Notes: generated by a model from the sequence alone, not told the origin. DNA of 53,631 nt from Phyllobacteriaceae bacterium UBA1059 (GCA_002316345.1 DCDI01000115.1:1-53631), one strand, 5' to 3'. Counted from the stretch's first letter, positions 30,699 to 41,084 are shown. Numbers and translations: made by a program.

Positions 30699-32444
30699 CT
30701 ATGATTTCAGCCAGGGCTGCGACTTGGCCTGGAGCTGATTGGCCATCAATGTCGCGGCGATCGAGATCACCAGGATCACCACGGTGATGGCATTCGCAAA
30801 TTGGGTGAAGCCTTCGGACGCGTAGCGATAGGCAAGCACCGAAAGCAGCGGTGTGGTTGGCGTGAAGAGAAGAACCACCAAAGACAGGTCGCGCATGATC
30901 TTGACGAAGACGATCAACCCACCCGCAGCCAGACCGCGACTGGCCAGTGGGACAGTGATCGCCACCAGCCGCCGCATCATTCCCGCCCCGGTCATCCGTG
31001 CGCTTTCATCAAGATCGCCGGACACCTGGCTGATCACGGCACGTCCCGTTTGCACCGAAAACGGCAGCAGATAAGCTGTACCGGCAATGAGAAGCAGCGG
31101 GAACGTGCCGTAAAGCGCCGGCAACGGTCCGATCGGGGCGCCGAAAAGAGCGATATAGGCGGCGCCAAATGCAATGCCTGGCACCAGAAGCGGCAGGAAG
31201 CTTATCTGGTTGATCAATCCTGCAAGTGGCCCTTTTCCATCTCGGGCCAGCACATAGGCAACGATAAGACCGATGATGCTGCTGGTGATCGCGACGGCAA
31301 TGCCCAAGTCGACAGTCAGGCTCGTGGCCGACATGATGAACGGGTTTTCCCAGATACCCGGCTGACCTTGCGCGATCGACGGGTTCGACAGTCCGGTCCA
31401 GTAATGCACCGTCCAGTTGGAAAACAGCGCGGAGGACGATGGCGCCAGCGACGATGCGATCAGGATGATCACTGGAACAACCGTGGTGACCAGGCAAATG
31501 AACAAGGCGACCATGAACAATGGTAGCCGTGCCGTACCGAGATCGAACCGCTTGGCGCGACCGCCCTTGCCGGTGATGGTTGCATAAGAGCGGCGGCCGG
31601 AAATGACTTTGTTGCCGAGCCACAGAAACAGTGCTGAGACGGCGATGAGAAGGATCGCCACGACATAGCCTCGCGATGTCTGTCCAACTTCGATCAGCCC
31701 GTAAAGGCGGGTCGCCATGGTCTGCATGCGAACCGGCAGACCAAGCAAAGCCGGTGCGGCAAAGTTCGAAACGGCGCCGGCGAACGTCAGTGAGGCACCG
31801 GCCACGACTGCTGGCATCGCGACCGGCAGCACGATGCCCAGCAGGATGCGGCGACTCTTGGCGCCGGCGATCTGCGCGGCTTCAACCAGATCAGAGTTCA
31901 CCGTCGCAAGGGCTGCCGCGATAACGGTGAAAGCCAGCGAGTAGTAGTGCGCGATCAGCACGATCAGCGTGGGTATCATACCCCAAGCGAGCCAGTCCGG
32001 AATGGTAAGACCCAGGCCTTCGAGGAACCCGCTCTGTCCACCGACGCGCGAATTGCGAAACAGCGATCCCCAGGCGAGCGAGGTTGCAAAACTCGGGATC
32101 ATGAAGGGCATGGTCGCCATGAGGCCGATGGTGCGCCGGAACGGAACGTCGGTCATGACCACGAGCCAAGCCAGGAAGCCGCCAATCAAGACGCAGCCAC
32201 AGGCAACTCCGACGCCAAGGATGAGCGTGTTCGTTAGCGGGACCCATAGAAGGTTTCGGGACAGCCTACCGGTGGTCACGTCACTCCAGGCAGAGATCGC
32301 ATCGAGGCTAAGAGTTTCAAGAAGAATGCGCACAAGCGGACCGGCGACCAGCAGGCCGAGAACCGCTAGAACCAGGAGCTTGAGCGCAAAATGCCCGTTG
32401 AGTGGGAAAGACCGCGCGGGAAGGTGGCTGGCTGACAGCGACAT
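30699..32444 (-). CDS. Fused double-domain ABC permease (FbpB/AfuB-like)
   Basis: About 12 TM segments and two EAA loops (LVEAAQIAGA; LDESARMTGA). Confidence 0.9.
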   Translation of the reverse strand: MSLSASHLPARSFPLNGHFALKLLVLAVLGLLVAGPLVRILLETLSLDAISAWSDVTTGRLSRNLLWVPLTNTLILGVGVACGCVLIGGFLAWLVVMTDVPFRRTIGLMATMPFMIPSFATSLAWGSLFRNSRVGGQSGFLEGLGLTIPDWLAWGMIPTLIVLIAHYYSLAFTVIAAALATVNSDLVEAAQIAGAKSRRILLGIVLPVAMPAVVAGASLTFAGAVSNFAAPALLGLPVRMQTMATRLYGLIEVGQTSRGYVVAILLIAVSALFLWLGNKVISGRRSYATITGKGGRAKRFDLGTARLPLFMVALFICLVTTVVPVIILIASSLAPSSSALFSNWTVHYWTGLSNPSIAQGQPGIWENPFIMSATSLTVDLGIAVAITSSIIGLIVAYVLARDGKGPLAGLINQISFLPLLVPGIAFGAAYIALFGAPIGPLPALYGTFPLLLIAGTAYLLPFSVQTGRAVISQVSGDLDESARMTGAGMMRRLVAITVPLASRGLAAGGLIVFVKIMRDLSLVVLLFTPTTPLLSVLAYRYASEGFTQFANAITVVILVISIAATLMANQLQAKSQPWLKS

Positions 32445-32495
32445 GAATAGTCCTATGAGCTCCCAGCCTTCTCGCCGTGAGCTGGATAAGAAAGA

Positions 32496-33623
32496 TTATT
32501 GCAGGGAAAGGACGAGGTCGCTGACGTCCTGACGGATCTTCGCCGTTGCCGACGGGTCGATCGACCAAGCCTTCAAGTCAGCCAGGGGCACTGCGTCTGG
32601 ATGGCTGACGATATCGCTGCGAGTCGCATAGTCGCCTGCCACATAGAACGGCTTGAAGCCCGCCCCGCCTGTTGAACTGTCATCGCCCATCAAGAAATCG
32701 ATCGCGAGACGCGCCGCAGCCGGGTTCTTGGCAGTGGAAGAGATTGCCAGCACCGCTGGAAAAATGATGCCATTTGCCGGGACAACCGTGTTGACCACCT
32801 GCAAGGCCCAACCCTCATCTTCATTGTCGCGACGATCGGAATAGGAGGTAAAGCCGACCGGCGGGTTCTTCTGACCGCGCGCGCCGACCGCAGCATTCAC
32901 GTCGTCCGTGGAAGACACCAGGATCAGATCATTCTTGAACAAATCGACGATGAACTGCTCGCCCGCCGTTTCGATCTCATCGTCAAGCGTGATCGCCTTG
33001 CCGAATTGCGCTTGGTAGGCCTGCGCCATCTCATCGGAGCGGACTACAAGTTCCGTCATCAGATCCAGGTAGTCTCCGCGTTGAAGCGGATCGACCATGA
33101 TCACCCGCCCCTTCCAGGTCTCGGTGGTCAGTTCCCAGAGGTTCTTGACCGGCGCGCCGCTGGGGTTGGCCTCTTCATTATACATCAGCACCTTTGTCGA
33201 CAGGCGCTGCGCCAGAAGCGGGCTTTTCTCGTTCTCGTCCAGCAGCGACGCGACGCGAGGAGGGACATATCGCGTAATCAGGCCCGGCTCGAGCAGGTCC
33301 TTAAAGACGACCGGCGCGTCCGAGATGTAAACCACGTCGGCACTCGCGATCCCGGCACTGGCCTCGGCTTTCAGGCGTGTGATCTGCTCGGTTGAGGACA
33401 TGTCGTGGCTGACCATGTCTATGCCCGGATACGCGGCCTCGAACGCTTTTTCCACGGCTGCGATCCGGCTGGTGAAAGCATAAACGGTCACCGTGCCTTC
33501 GGCCTTGGCCAACGGCAAAAGCTCCTCGGCACTCATGGCGTCGAGTTCCGGCGCATTTTGTGCAAGCGCCGGCAGCGTTAGGGCCACCAAAGCCGTGGAA
33601 AGCAACAAAGGCTTCATGTTCAT
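32496..33623 (-). CDS. ABC substrate-binding protein (FbpA/AfuA-like cluster)
   Basis: Signal peptide MNMKPLLLSTALVALTLPALA; GAGGAGG RBS; AKAEGTVTVY and KNPAAARL. Confidence 0.87.
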   Translation of the reverse strand: MNMKPLLLSTALVALTLPALAQNAPELDAMSAEELLPLAKAEGTVTVYAFTSRIAAVEKAFEAAYPGIDMVSHDMSSTEQITRLKAEASAGIASADVVYISDAPVVFKDLLEPGLITRYVPPRVASLLDENEKSPLLAQRLSTKVLMYNEEANPSGAPVKNLWELTTETWKGRVIMVDPLQRGDYLDLMTELVVRSDEMAQAYQAQFGKAITLDDEIETAGEQFIVDLFKNDLILVSSTDDVNAAVGARGQKNPPVGFTSYSDRRDNEDEGWALQVVNTVVPANGIIFPAVLAISSTAKNPAAARLAIDFLMGDDSSTGGAGFKPFYVAGDYATRSDIVSHPDAVPLADLKAWSIDPSATAKIRQDVSDLVLSLQ

Positions 33624-33660
33624 TGAATTTCCCTCCTCAGAAATGTCGCCCAATGCGACT

Positions 33661-33742
33661 TCCGCGATGCAACCTCCTTTGCAGCGCGGATATGACATGC
33701 ATATTAACTTGCAGATTTTGTGCGCATGAAATTAGCCTTGCA
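33661..33742. promoter_or_regulatory. Three TGCAA-N6-TTGCA-like boxes upstream of the binding-protein gene
   Basis: TGCAAcctcctTTGCA (33668), TGCATattaacTTGCA (33698), TGAAAttagccTTGCA (33727). Confidence 0.6.
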
Positions 33743-33750
33743 GTCTCCTC

Positions 33751-34599
33751 CTACTCGAACGCGTCGATCAACTGACCCAAGGTTTCGAGGTAGAGCAACG
33801 ATGCCTGCGGTTCTTCCTTGGCCATTGCAAGCACCAGCGCATTGCTGATCGCCATCGGCACAGTCAGGGTTTGAAAGGCGTCCTGCGATCCCGCTCGTGG
33901 CGCAAAGAGAAGGTGATCCGCCGCTGGAACCAGCGATGGGCCGACGCTTCCCGAAATGACGACAGATGTAGCGCCCACATCGCGCGCTCGGTTGAGCAAG
34001 GCTGCGTAATGGGTAGGCTGGCGACGGAACGCAAAGGCGACAATTGCATCCTTTTCATCCATTGCGAGCACCTGCTCCGCCAGATCTCGGCCCTCGCCTT
34101 CCAGCACGACCGTATCGCAACCCATGCGGCGCAAGCGACGTTCGATTAGAACAGCAAGGGCTTCCGCATTACCGCGCGCAAACACATAGATGCGTCCTGC
34201 GTTCAACAAAGCCCTGGCCGCGGCCTTTAGCGTCGCATCATCCATGTATCGCTGTAGGCCGGCGAGCGCTTCGATCTCACGGGTAACCAAATCGGTGATC
34301 AGCCCAGCTTCGCTTGTTTTCTCAAGGGTGTTGCGGACCCGCATCGCCGGATCGGTACGAACAAGAAATTCTTCTTGGATCGCTGCTCTGAACTTGGCAT
34401 AGCTCGTATAGCCAAGCTTTCTTGCAAGCCGCGACGCCGTCGCTTCGTGCACACCGATTTGTTGCGCCAATGCGCTAGCGGTGCCCAATGCCACGTCACG
34501 TGGGCTTGAGATGATCTGCTTGACGAGCAACTGCTCTGCGCGGGTCAGCGCCTCAGCAACCTTCTTAACCCGCTCCAAAACTGACACTGCCTCTCCCAT
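33751..34599 (-). CDS. MurR/RpiR-family regulator (HTH + SIS)
   Basis: LAQQIGVHEATASRLARKLGYTSY HTH followed by a SIS domain. Confidence 0.9.
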   Translation of the reverse strand: MGEAVSVLERVKKVAEALTRAEQLLVKQIISSPRDVALGTASALAQQIGVHEATASRLARKLGYTSYAKFRAAIQEEFLVRTDPAMRVRNTLEKTSEAGLITDLVTREIEALAGLQRYMDDATLKAAARALLNAGRIYVFARGNAEALAVLIERRLRRMGCDTVVLEGEGRDLAEQVLAMDEKDAIVAFAFRRQPTHYAALLNRARDVGATSVVISGSVGPSLVPAADHLLFAPRAGSQDAFQTLTVPMAISNALVLAMAKEEPQASLLYLETLGQLIDAFE

Positions 34600-34617
34600 G
34601 CTCTCAGTCTAAGCTAA

Positions 34618-34662
34618 TGCAAATCTCATTGCAACATGATAAATCCTGCAAGTTATCTTGCG
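34618..34662. promoter_or_regulatory. Two TGCAA-N6-TTGC(A/G) boxes upstream of the RpiR gene
   Basis: TGCAAatctcaTTGCA (34618) and TGCAAgttatcTTGCG (34647). Confidence 0.6.
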
Positions 34663-35111
34663 AAAAGTTCTTGCGATGTCTGTTGCCATGCCACAGGCCG
34701 TCTTCAGCTATCCGACGGTTGCCTACGATCGCAGCTCGGCATGGTGGCAGGCACTACAAATAACCTGGCAGCCCGCGTCAGTTCATCCCCTTTCCGCTTC
34801 ATCCGTGACGCCGCCTTTGTCGTTGATAGCCTCACCTCATGCCATTAGAAGTATTTTGCGCCATCACTCGCTAGATATTGCTTGCAACAACTGCCCGATA
34901 AGCTCTGCTTTCGCCGAGGCAAGCCAAGAGCAACAGCGTGCAGTCACTACGTTCCGCCATCGGCAATCCAGGTGGCGGACACTTTGAGCCACATGTTTGG
35001 AACAGCGCCCGCGCCGTTGTCCGGCGCGCTGTTCGCAAGCCTGAACGTGATGCCTTTGCTTCCATCATCGCTCAGGACAGGCAGGCAAGCCTACTAAACC
35101 TATAACCATTC

Positions 35112-35588
35112 TCAGTTACGATGATATTCCCGGCTTCTGATCAGAAAGTATGGTCTGCTAGATTTGTGGCGCCCATTGGCATTTGTCCTAAAGGCACGTA
35201 GGTACAGTCCTTCGTCGCCTACATCTGCCGCAGTGATCGTCAACTCATGGCCATCACGTAGATATTGGTAGGTAGCTCCATAATCGAAACTGATTTCCCA
35301 GCTGACATTGGCAGCTGAAGGCATTTCCGGCCTAAGTACGACGTTGCCGTCGTCCGGAATCTCTTTGACGAAAGGATCGTCGAGGTAGACGCCAAGATTG
35401 CCAGAACGGTCAGCAAGAGGCGGGGCAGTCTCGGGGCCAACCAACGCAATCGTGAGCACCAGTACCAAAAGGCAGCCGCAGGCAAGCAGAACAATCCGGT
35501 TGAATTGCAGCGTGTCGAAACGGGTGCGGCTCGTCGTTGGCGTTCTGCGATGGACAGCCGTTGACGGCAAGGCTGGATCAACTGTCAT
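35112..35588 (-). CDS. Single-pass membrane protein with a possible Ig-like domain
   Basis: Hydrophobic IVLLACGCLLVLVLTIALVG, then VSWEIS...LTITAADVGDEGLY, which resembles Ig strands C/E/F. Confidence 0.55.
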   Translation of the reverse strand: MTVDPALPSTAVHRRTPTTSRTRFDTLQFNRIVLLACGCLLVLVLTIALVGPETAPPLADRSGNLGVYLDDPFVKEIPDDGNVVLRPEMPSAANVSWEISFDYGATYQYLRDGHELTITAADVGDEGLYLRAFRTNANGRHKSSRPYFLIRSREYHRN

Positions 35589-35691
35589 CGATTTGGATCC
35601 TGCCGTTTACTCCGGCAACCGACGGCGATGCGAAGGAGACGATGAGGCATCCGCTTCGGAGTGTAGGGATGCGGCCAAGCGAGAGCTTTTC

Positions 35692-36078
35692 TCATGCAAG
35701 AGCCCGCTGCACCAAGACCGTATCGACATACTGGACGAACCTGACGATCTTTCCGTCGAGGATCGTCCAGGCATGCACAAACGGTGCACGGAAGCTCTTC
35801 ATGGTTGTCTTGAACGTACCGCTGTAGTGCCCAAGCGCGATGACCTCGTCGCCTTCGCTCACATAGCGATCGGGTACAGCCCGATAGTCGTTCCACTCAC
35901 TCGCCAGCTTGACGAACACGCCATCCACAATTGCTTGAGGCCCATGAAAGGTCCCTGCGTACGGATAGCCTTCCGCTTCTCTCCACTCGATTTCAGGTGA
36001 CATGTCGGCAAGAACGACAGGCAGGTCCGCAGATGCAAAGCCTGCATAAAGACGTTTGACGATTTCAGTGTTGCTCAC
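35692..36078 (-). CDS. SnoaL/NTF2-like protein
   Basis: NTEIVKRLYAGF...FVHAWTILDGKIVRFVQYVDT; GGGAGA RBS. Confidence 0.88.
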   Translation of the reverse strand: MSNTEIVKRLYAGFASADLPVVLADMSPEIEWREAEGYPYAGTFHGPQAIVDGVFVKLASEWNDYRAVPDRYVSEGDEVIALGHYSGTFKTTMKSFRAPFVHAWTILDGKIVRFVQYVDTVLVQRALA

Positions 36079-36356
36079 AGGGTCTCCCTCTGGTCAGCGT
36101 TGAAGCCTCTTTGCTTCGACAGACCTGAAGCTGTGGCGTTCGCTGAACCAGCAGGGGTGTTCGATGCGATCGAACACATTTCAGTTGCGGAAGAAACTCG
36201 CCCTTGGTCGGGCGTGTTCAAGTCGACGCTTAAACGCAGAGTGGTCGACCCGTCACAATCGAGCGGCGCGGTACGACAGCTGTTTCGCTTCTCTCGGTTC
36301 CCGACACAAAGAAAAACTGCTCGCAGCTTTACCCGCGATCGCATGAGGCCGGGGAC

Positions 36357-38834
36357 TTAAAACTTCCAGTCCACTGAGACCGGAGGCTGATAACGGCAGA
36401 AGCTGCCCGTCTTGATGGAGAGCGCCAAATGCTGCCCGAGCGCTGGGCAGGCAGCTTCGACTTGGGCAACGGCGGCGCGCAGCGTGCGGGTCACATTCAC
36501 CCGCATCCGTTCCTGGGGCGAACCGAGACGTCTGGCCCGCCCGCCCAGGCCAGAGCTCTTCGCCAGTTGCTGTGAGACAAGCTCATGCTCGCGAAGAACG
36601 CTTGCTCGCCGATCAACGTCCAACGCGTCCTCGTCCAAGGCCAGCGCCCGTTCAAGGAGCCGCAAGCGCTTGCGATAGCCAGCGACCGCCTCCGCATCCA
36701 GCACCGGATCACCACGGCCGATCTCACGAGGCTCGCCGTCGGCTGCTGCTGCGAGATCGCTGGCGAAGATCTCAATCCCTGGAGACTGGAGAAGATGCCG
36801 GATCTGCCGTAGTCCCTTGCTGTCAGGCAGTACGGCCTCATGTTCATCGAACTGGATGATCCAGACAGCATCGCGCTGCCGGAAAACACTGACATGCGAC
36901 AAAGGCGTAGCCAGTCGCTGCAGAACGCACTCGGCGATCTCACGGGCCGCGCCATCTTGAAGGCGTACGGCCAGCGCTTCAGCCTTGATAGCAAGGGCTT
37001 TTGCCCGATCCGGGTCTTCCCTGGCGACAATCCTAACCCGCGCGCAATCGGCCAGCAGCCGCGCCTGCGAACCATGCACATCGCCAAGGCGCTCCAGACC
37101 GACGCGCTCGCACAATGCCAGTGCTTCGTCATAGAACGGCAGAGCCGCCCCTGACCTGCCATTGCGTTCCAGAACGCCCGCAAGGCTCTGATACCCGATC
37201 ATCCGCACCACAAGGCTGCCCTCATGCTGAGAAGCAATGACCGACTCATAGCGGCTGGCAGCTTGTTCCCACTCTTCCAGACGTTCATGACCGAAGCCAA
37301 CATTCCAAGCTGCGAAGCCTTGGCCCCATCGATCCTCCGGGTAGCGCGCGATCAGCTCCGCCCCTTCGATAGCACGCCGCAATCCGGCGTCTTTGCTGCC
37401 CGCCATAATGTCACATTCACCGCGAAGACAAAGGTGATAGCCACGCAAAAGATCGGCGTCAGGCTCGTCCAAGTCCTCCAGAAGCGCCAGTCCGCGATCC
37501 AGCTCTATCGCAGCATTCAGCCAGTCACCTGTGTCGTGCGCTTCAAGAAAGCCAAGGCTGAACTGAGTTGCTGCCCGCAGCATGACAGGCGCCTCGCCGG
37601 CCTGGTCGAGCGCAGCACGCAACCAGCTGATGCCCTCGCGATGCCGGCTGGCTGTCCACCAGAACATCGTGAGGGCAACCGCAGTTCCCAGAGCTTCGAC
37701 GCCCCGCCCTTCGTACAGGAGGGTACGCAGCGCTTCATGCAGATTGTCCACGTCTCCCTGAAGCTCGGGAAGCCAGGTATCTTCAGGCACGAAGTTGACG
37801 GCTCGCGCCCGTTGCGCCAGCGCCGAGAAGTGCATCGCATGAGTGTGTCGTACGGTGTCCAGTTCGCCGGCTTCCTGCGCCAGTTTTGCCGCGAACAACC
37901 GCACCATATGAAGAAGCCGATAGCGTGCGGTGCTGAAATCGAACTGAACCAGCGAGTGTTCCACCAACTCGCGCAGCGCGGGCAGAACGTCCGCCTGGGT
38001 CAGCCCTTCCCCGGCGCACACAGGCGCCACGGCCTCCAGCGAGAAGCTTGACGGGAAAGCTGCAAGGCGGCGCAGCAGAAGGCGCGCGCTAGACGTCAGG
38101 AGCGCATGGCTCCACCGGATGGTGTCGTCGAGAGTATCATGCCGCGTCGGCCTCGAACCGCGCCGCTGCAGAAGGTCGGACCCTTGCGAGAGTTGTGAGG
38201 CGATTTCGTTTACTGGCACGATGTCGGTCCAGCCCGCAGCGAGCTCAATCGCCAGCGGGAGGCCGTCCACTGCCTGGCAGATTGCCTGTACCGCGCCCAG
38301 TGCCGCGCCTGCCAAGCGTAGGCTCGGTGCTCGATCGCTGGCCCTCTCGACGAACAGGTCGATCGCGGCTTGTTCGTCGAGCACCCTTAACCGCAGCTGC
38401 TTTTCGCCGACCAAGCTGAGTGGAACGCGGCTGGTGGTCAGGACGGAAACCTTTCGGGTATCCGTCACAAGTGCGTCTACCAAAGCGGTGACCTCGTCGA
38501 TGACATGCTCGCAGTTGTCGAGCACCAGCAGCAGCTCGGTATCGCATAGCCATTGCACGATCGCCTCAGGATATGGCCGTCCGCCAGTCTGCGGCATTCC
38601 CACCGCAGCCGCCACGGCTCCGAGCACGGCGGAGGCATCTGACAGGCCATCGAGCCGCACAAACGCGGTGCGCTTGGCCTCGTTTCGTTCGTTTGCGGCA
38701 AGCCATTCCAAGACCAAACGGGTCTTGCCGACGCCGCCTGGGCCGATGACCGAGACGAAAGCCGAAGACTGCACCAGTGCACTGAGTTCCTGCAGTAACG
38801 CAGCACGCCCGATGAAAGGGTCACGTCTGGACAT
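36357..38834 (-). CDS. STAND (NB-ARC-like) ATPase with TPR-like helical region and putative C-terminal DNA-binding domain
   Basis: FIGR, GPGGVGKTRL, LLLVLDNCEH, GLPLAIELAA; C-terminus ERMRVNVTRTLR...SIKTGSFCRY. Confidence 0.8.
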   Translation of the reverse strand: MSRRDPFIGRAALLQELSALVQSSAFVSVIGPGGVGKTRLVLEWLAANERNEAKRTAFVRLDGLSDASAVLGAVAAAVGMPQTGGRPYPEAIVQWLCDTELLLVLDNCEHVIDEVTALVDALVTDTRKVSVLTTSRVPLSLVGEKQLRLRVLDEQAAIDLFVERASDRAPSLRLAGAALGAVQAICQAVDGLPLAIELAAGWTDIVPVNEIASQLSQGSDLLQRRGSRPTRHDTLDDTIRWSHALLTSSARLLLRRLAAFPSSFSLEAVAPVCAGEGLTQADVLPALRELVEHSLVQFDFSTARYRLLHMVRLFAAKLAQEAGELDTVRHTHAMHFSALAQRARAVNFVPEDTWLPELQGDVDNLHEALRTLLYEGRGVEALGTAVALTMFWWTASRHREGISWLRAALDQAGEAPVMLRAATQFSLGFLEAHDTGDWLNAAIELDRGLALLEDLDEPDADLLRGYHLCLRGECDIMAGSKDAGLRRAIEGAELIARYPEDRWGQGFAAWNVGFGHERLEEWEQAASRYESVIASQHEGSLVVRMIGYQSLAGVLERNGRSGAALPFYDEALALCERVGLERLGDVHGSQARLLADCARVRIVAREDPDRAKALAIKAEALAVRLQDGAAREIAECVLQRLATPLSHVSVFRQRDAVWIIQFDEHEAVLPDSKGLRQIRHLLQSPGIEIFASDLAAAADGEPREIGRGDPVLDAEAVAGYRKRLRLLERALALDEDALDVDRRASVLREHELVSQQLAKSSGLGGRARRLGSPQERMRVNVTRTLRAAVAQVEAACPALGQHLALSIKTGSFCRYQPPVSVDWKF

Positions 38835-39050
38835 CGCCGTTCACCCGTTTCTCTAGGCCGCTTCGCATATGCCGTTCATGTTTCTTTTCGCATTTCAGCG
38901 CGGAGACAGCAGGGATGCAGCAGACTCGCTATTCACGTTACGGCTTCCCTCTCCGAATTGCAGACCTCCACTTGAAGAATTACTGCGCTGCATTTTCGAT
39001 ATAAACTAAAGTTCTGGCCCAAGAGGTTCACTCCAGTTCCCGATTAAAAT

Positions 39051-40040
39051 TCATTGTCGAAACCGATCCTCGGCTGTCAATCGCATCGTTAGTGGCTCGG
39101 CCTCATCCCACCTGTAGATCTCCGTACGTAAGTAGCGAAGCTCATCATCGTGAAGATCCTCATCCACTTCAATCCACCATGCCTTGGGCCTGCCGTCGCT
39201 TCCCTCCGACCAACGGTATCCCCTCGCTTTTAGATGATCCTTCATATCGAACGGTGAGTTCTGGGCGAAGATGCGGATCCTGCAGCGTGTACTCGATCGC
39301 AGCAGCTCGGCGAAGGGCGGCTGCCCGCCCTCCTCTACCGCCCGTGCCAGCACCTCAAGCAGCGCATGACAATCGTCAGTGGCGCGATGCCCCTCATGAA
39401 AGAGGCCCGACTGGCCAACCAGATAGCCGAGCTTGTTGCCTTCGAAGCCGAGATCGGCCCACTTGATCTCCGACACAGAACAAGCCCAGGCTTTCGGCAC
39501 GAACGATGGTGAGAGCTTCTCGCAGAAGGGTCTGTCGAACCCTGCATTGTGCGCGATGATCAAATCGGCTGGCTCGATCAAGGCATCTAGTGCAGTGATG
39601 TCGAGATCCTGCCCTGCGACCATATCGTCTGTGATGCCGGTGAGGCGGGTGATATCAGGCGGGATCGGCGAGGAAGGTTGGCGTAACCCGTTGTAGATAC
39701 CGACGACGTCACCGACTGTACCTTCATCATTATAGGTGAAGGCTACGGCACCGATCTCGATCACTTCGTCCTTCGTGTGCTGCAGACCGGTTGTTTCCGT
39801 ATCAACCAACACGGCCAGGTTCGGATATGCGCTTTGGAGGCGTGGAACTACCTGCCTGGGTACCAGCTTGCGCAGCACTCTGTAGTGGCCGCTTTGTTCT
39901 AGCCGTTGAGCTGCCACTTCCGCGTCCCAAGCCTCCGAAGTTGCTAAAGCCTCTTTCCGCTTCTTACGCAGCGGTCGCGGTGATTGCCGATAGCTCGGAG
40001 CTTCGTCGAAAAGGTCGAACTGAGATGCTGGCGTCTTCAT
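39051..40040 (-). CDS. DEDDh 3'-5' exonuclease (DnaQ-like)
   Basis: VDTETTG, AHNAGFD, HRATDD. Confidence 0.9.
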   Translation of the reverse strand: MKTPASQFDLFDEAPSYRQSPRPLRKKRKEALATSEAWDAEVAAQRLEQSGHYRVLRKLVPRQVVPRLQSAYPNLAVLVDTETTGLQHTKDEVIEIGAVAFTYNDEGTVGDVVGIYNGLRQPSSPIPPDITRLTGITDDMVAGQDLDITALDALIEPADLIIAHNAGFDRPFCEKLSPSFVPKAWACSVSEIKWADLGFEGNKLGYLVGQSGLFHEGHRATDDCHALLEVLARAVEEGGQPPFAELLRSSTRCRIRIFAQNSPFDMKDHLKARGYRWSEGSDGRPKAWWIEVDEDLHDDELRYLRTEIYRWDEAEPLTMRLTAEDRFRQ

Positions 40041-40657
40041 GCCCCCGCCCTTACCTTCTTTGACGGTGTGCTTCTGCTAGCCGAAGGTCCTGACCATCCA
40101 ACACGGGCGAGCGTGTCGATCAGCGTGGAACGCGCGACTGTGAAGGTACGGCATACAGCAGACTTGCTGGCGCCGGCTTCCAAGGCTGCGATGATCTGGT
40201 CGATCTTTTCCTGATCAAGCGCCTTGGGCCGCCCTGCCTGCTTGCCTCTGCGCTTTGCAGCCGCCAGCCCTGCAATGACACGCTCACGCGTGAGTGCCCG
40301 TTCGTACTGGGCTAGCGCGCCGAAGATCGAGAACAGCAACTCCCCGTGAGGCGTGGTTGTGTCCATCTGTTCGGTCAGGGAGCGGAAAGCTACGCCCCTC
40401 CCCTTCAGGTCATCAATGATGGACAGGAGGTGCGGCAGGGAACGGCCGAGACGATCCAGCTTCCAGACCACAAGGCAGTCTCCGCTGCGCAAGTCGTCGA
40501 GACACGCTCTCAGTCCGGGGCGATCGTCAAGAGCGCCTGAAGCTTTATCCTGGTGTAGATGACGCTCATCCACACCGGCAGTGATCAACGCGTCGCGCTG
40601 CAGATCCACGGACTGACGATCTTAAGCGGACGAAACACGCATGTAGCCAACGAGCAT
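40037..40657 (-). pseudogene. Serine resolvase/invertase with a nonsense codon at position 12
   Basis: ATG 40657 gives MLVGYMRVSSA*DRQSVDLQRDAL (TAA at 40622-40624), then in frame VWKLDRLGRS and a C-terminal HTH. Confidence 0.85.
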
Positions 40658-40659
40658 GT

Positions 40660-40795
40660 GCGAGAAACCTCGAATCGGATGTTTCCGCACATTACACGAT
40701 TACGACAGGGGTTTTCGTACAAACTTGGACCACTAACAGGGTCGTTCTATTTCCCCGGCGAGCAATGAACGGAAACCATGTGGTTTTCGACATGC
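40660..40795. other. Possible res site upstream of the resolvase
   Basis: Several imperfect palindromes (e.g. TACGAcaggggtttTCGTA; GAAACCatgtGGTTTT) in the expected position. Confidence 0.4.
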
Positions 40796-41010
40796 GCCGC
40801 TGATCCGACCTGGATCGCCGCGGTGACAGCTATGCGCACCATTTCGGACGTTCGAACACAGTTGCTGATAACCTCGAAGCAGACCTCCGGATGCCTTCCT
40901 GGAATGACCTAGAGGGCGCCATCCATTAGCTGCGCCACATCCCGACACGGGGATAGCAAGAGATGTGAATGAGAGAACACAGCAAACTTCGGGTCCGCTC
41001 AGATCTCAGG

Positions 41011-41073
41011 TGACGGCATGTGTTGACAGATGACGGCAAGTGACTTACGTCTTGATTAGTTGACGGCAACTGA
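41011..41073 (+). promoter_or_regulatory. Promoter overlapped by three TGACGGCA direct repeats
   Basis: TGACGGCA at 41011, 41031 and 41061; TTGACA at 41023. Confidence 0.6.
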
Positions 41074-41084
41074 TGGAGGGTTTC

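Noticed and set aside
34670..35100. Possible gene remnant or sRNA between the RpiR and Ig-like genes
   Set aside because: No recognisable protein motif or convincing structure by eye.
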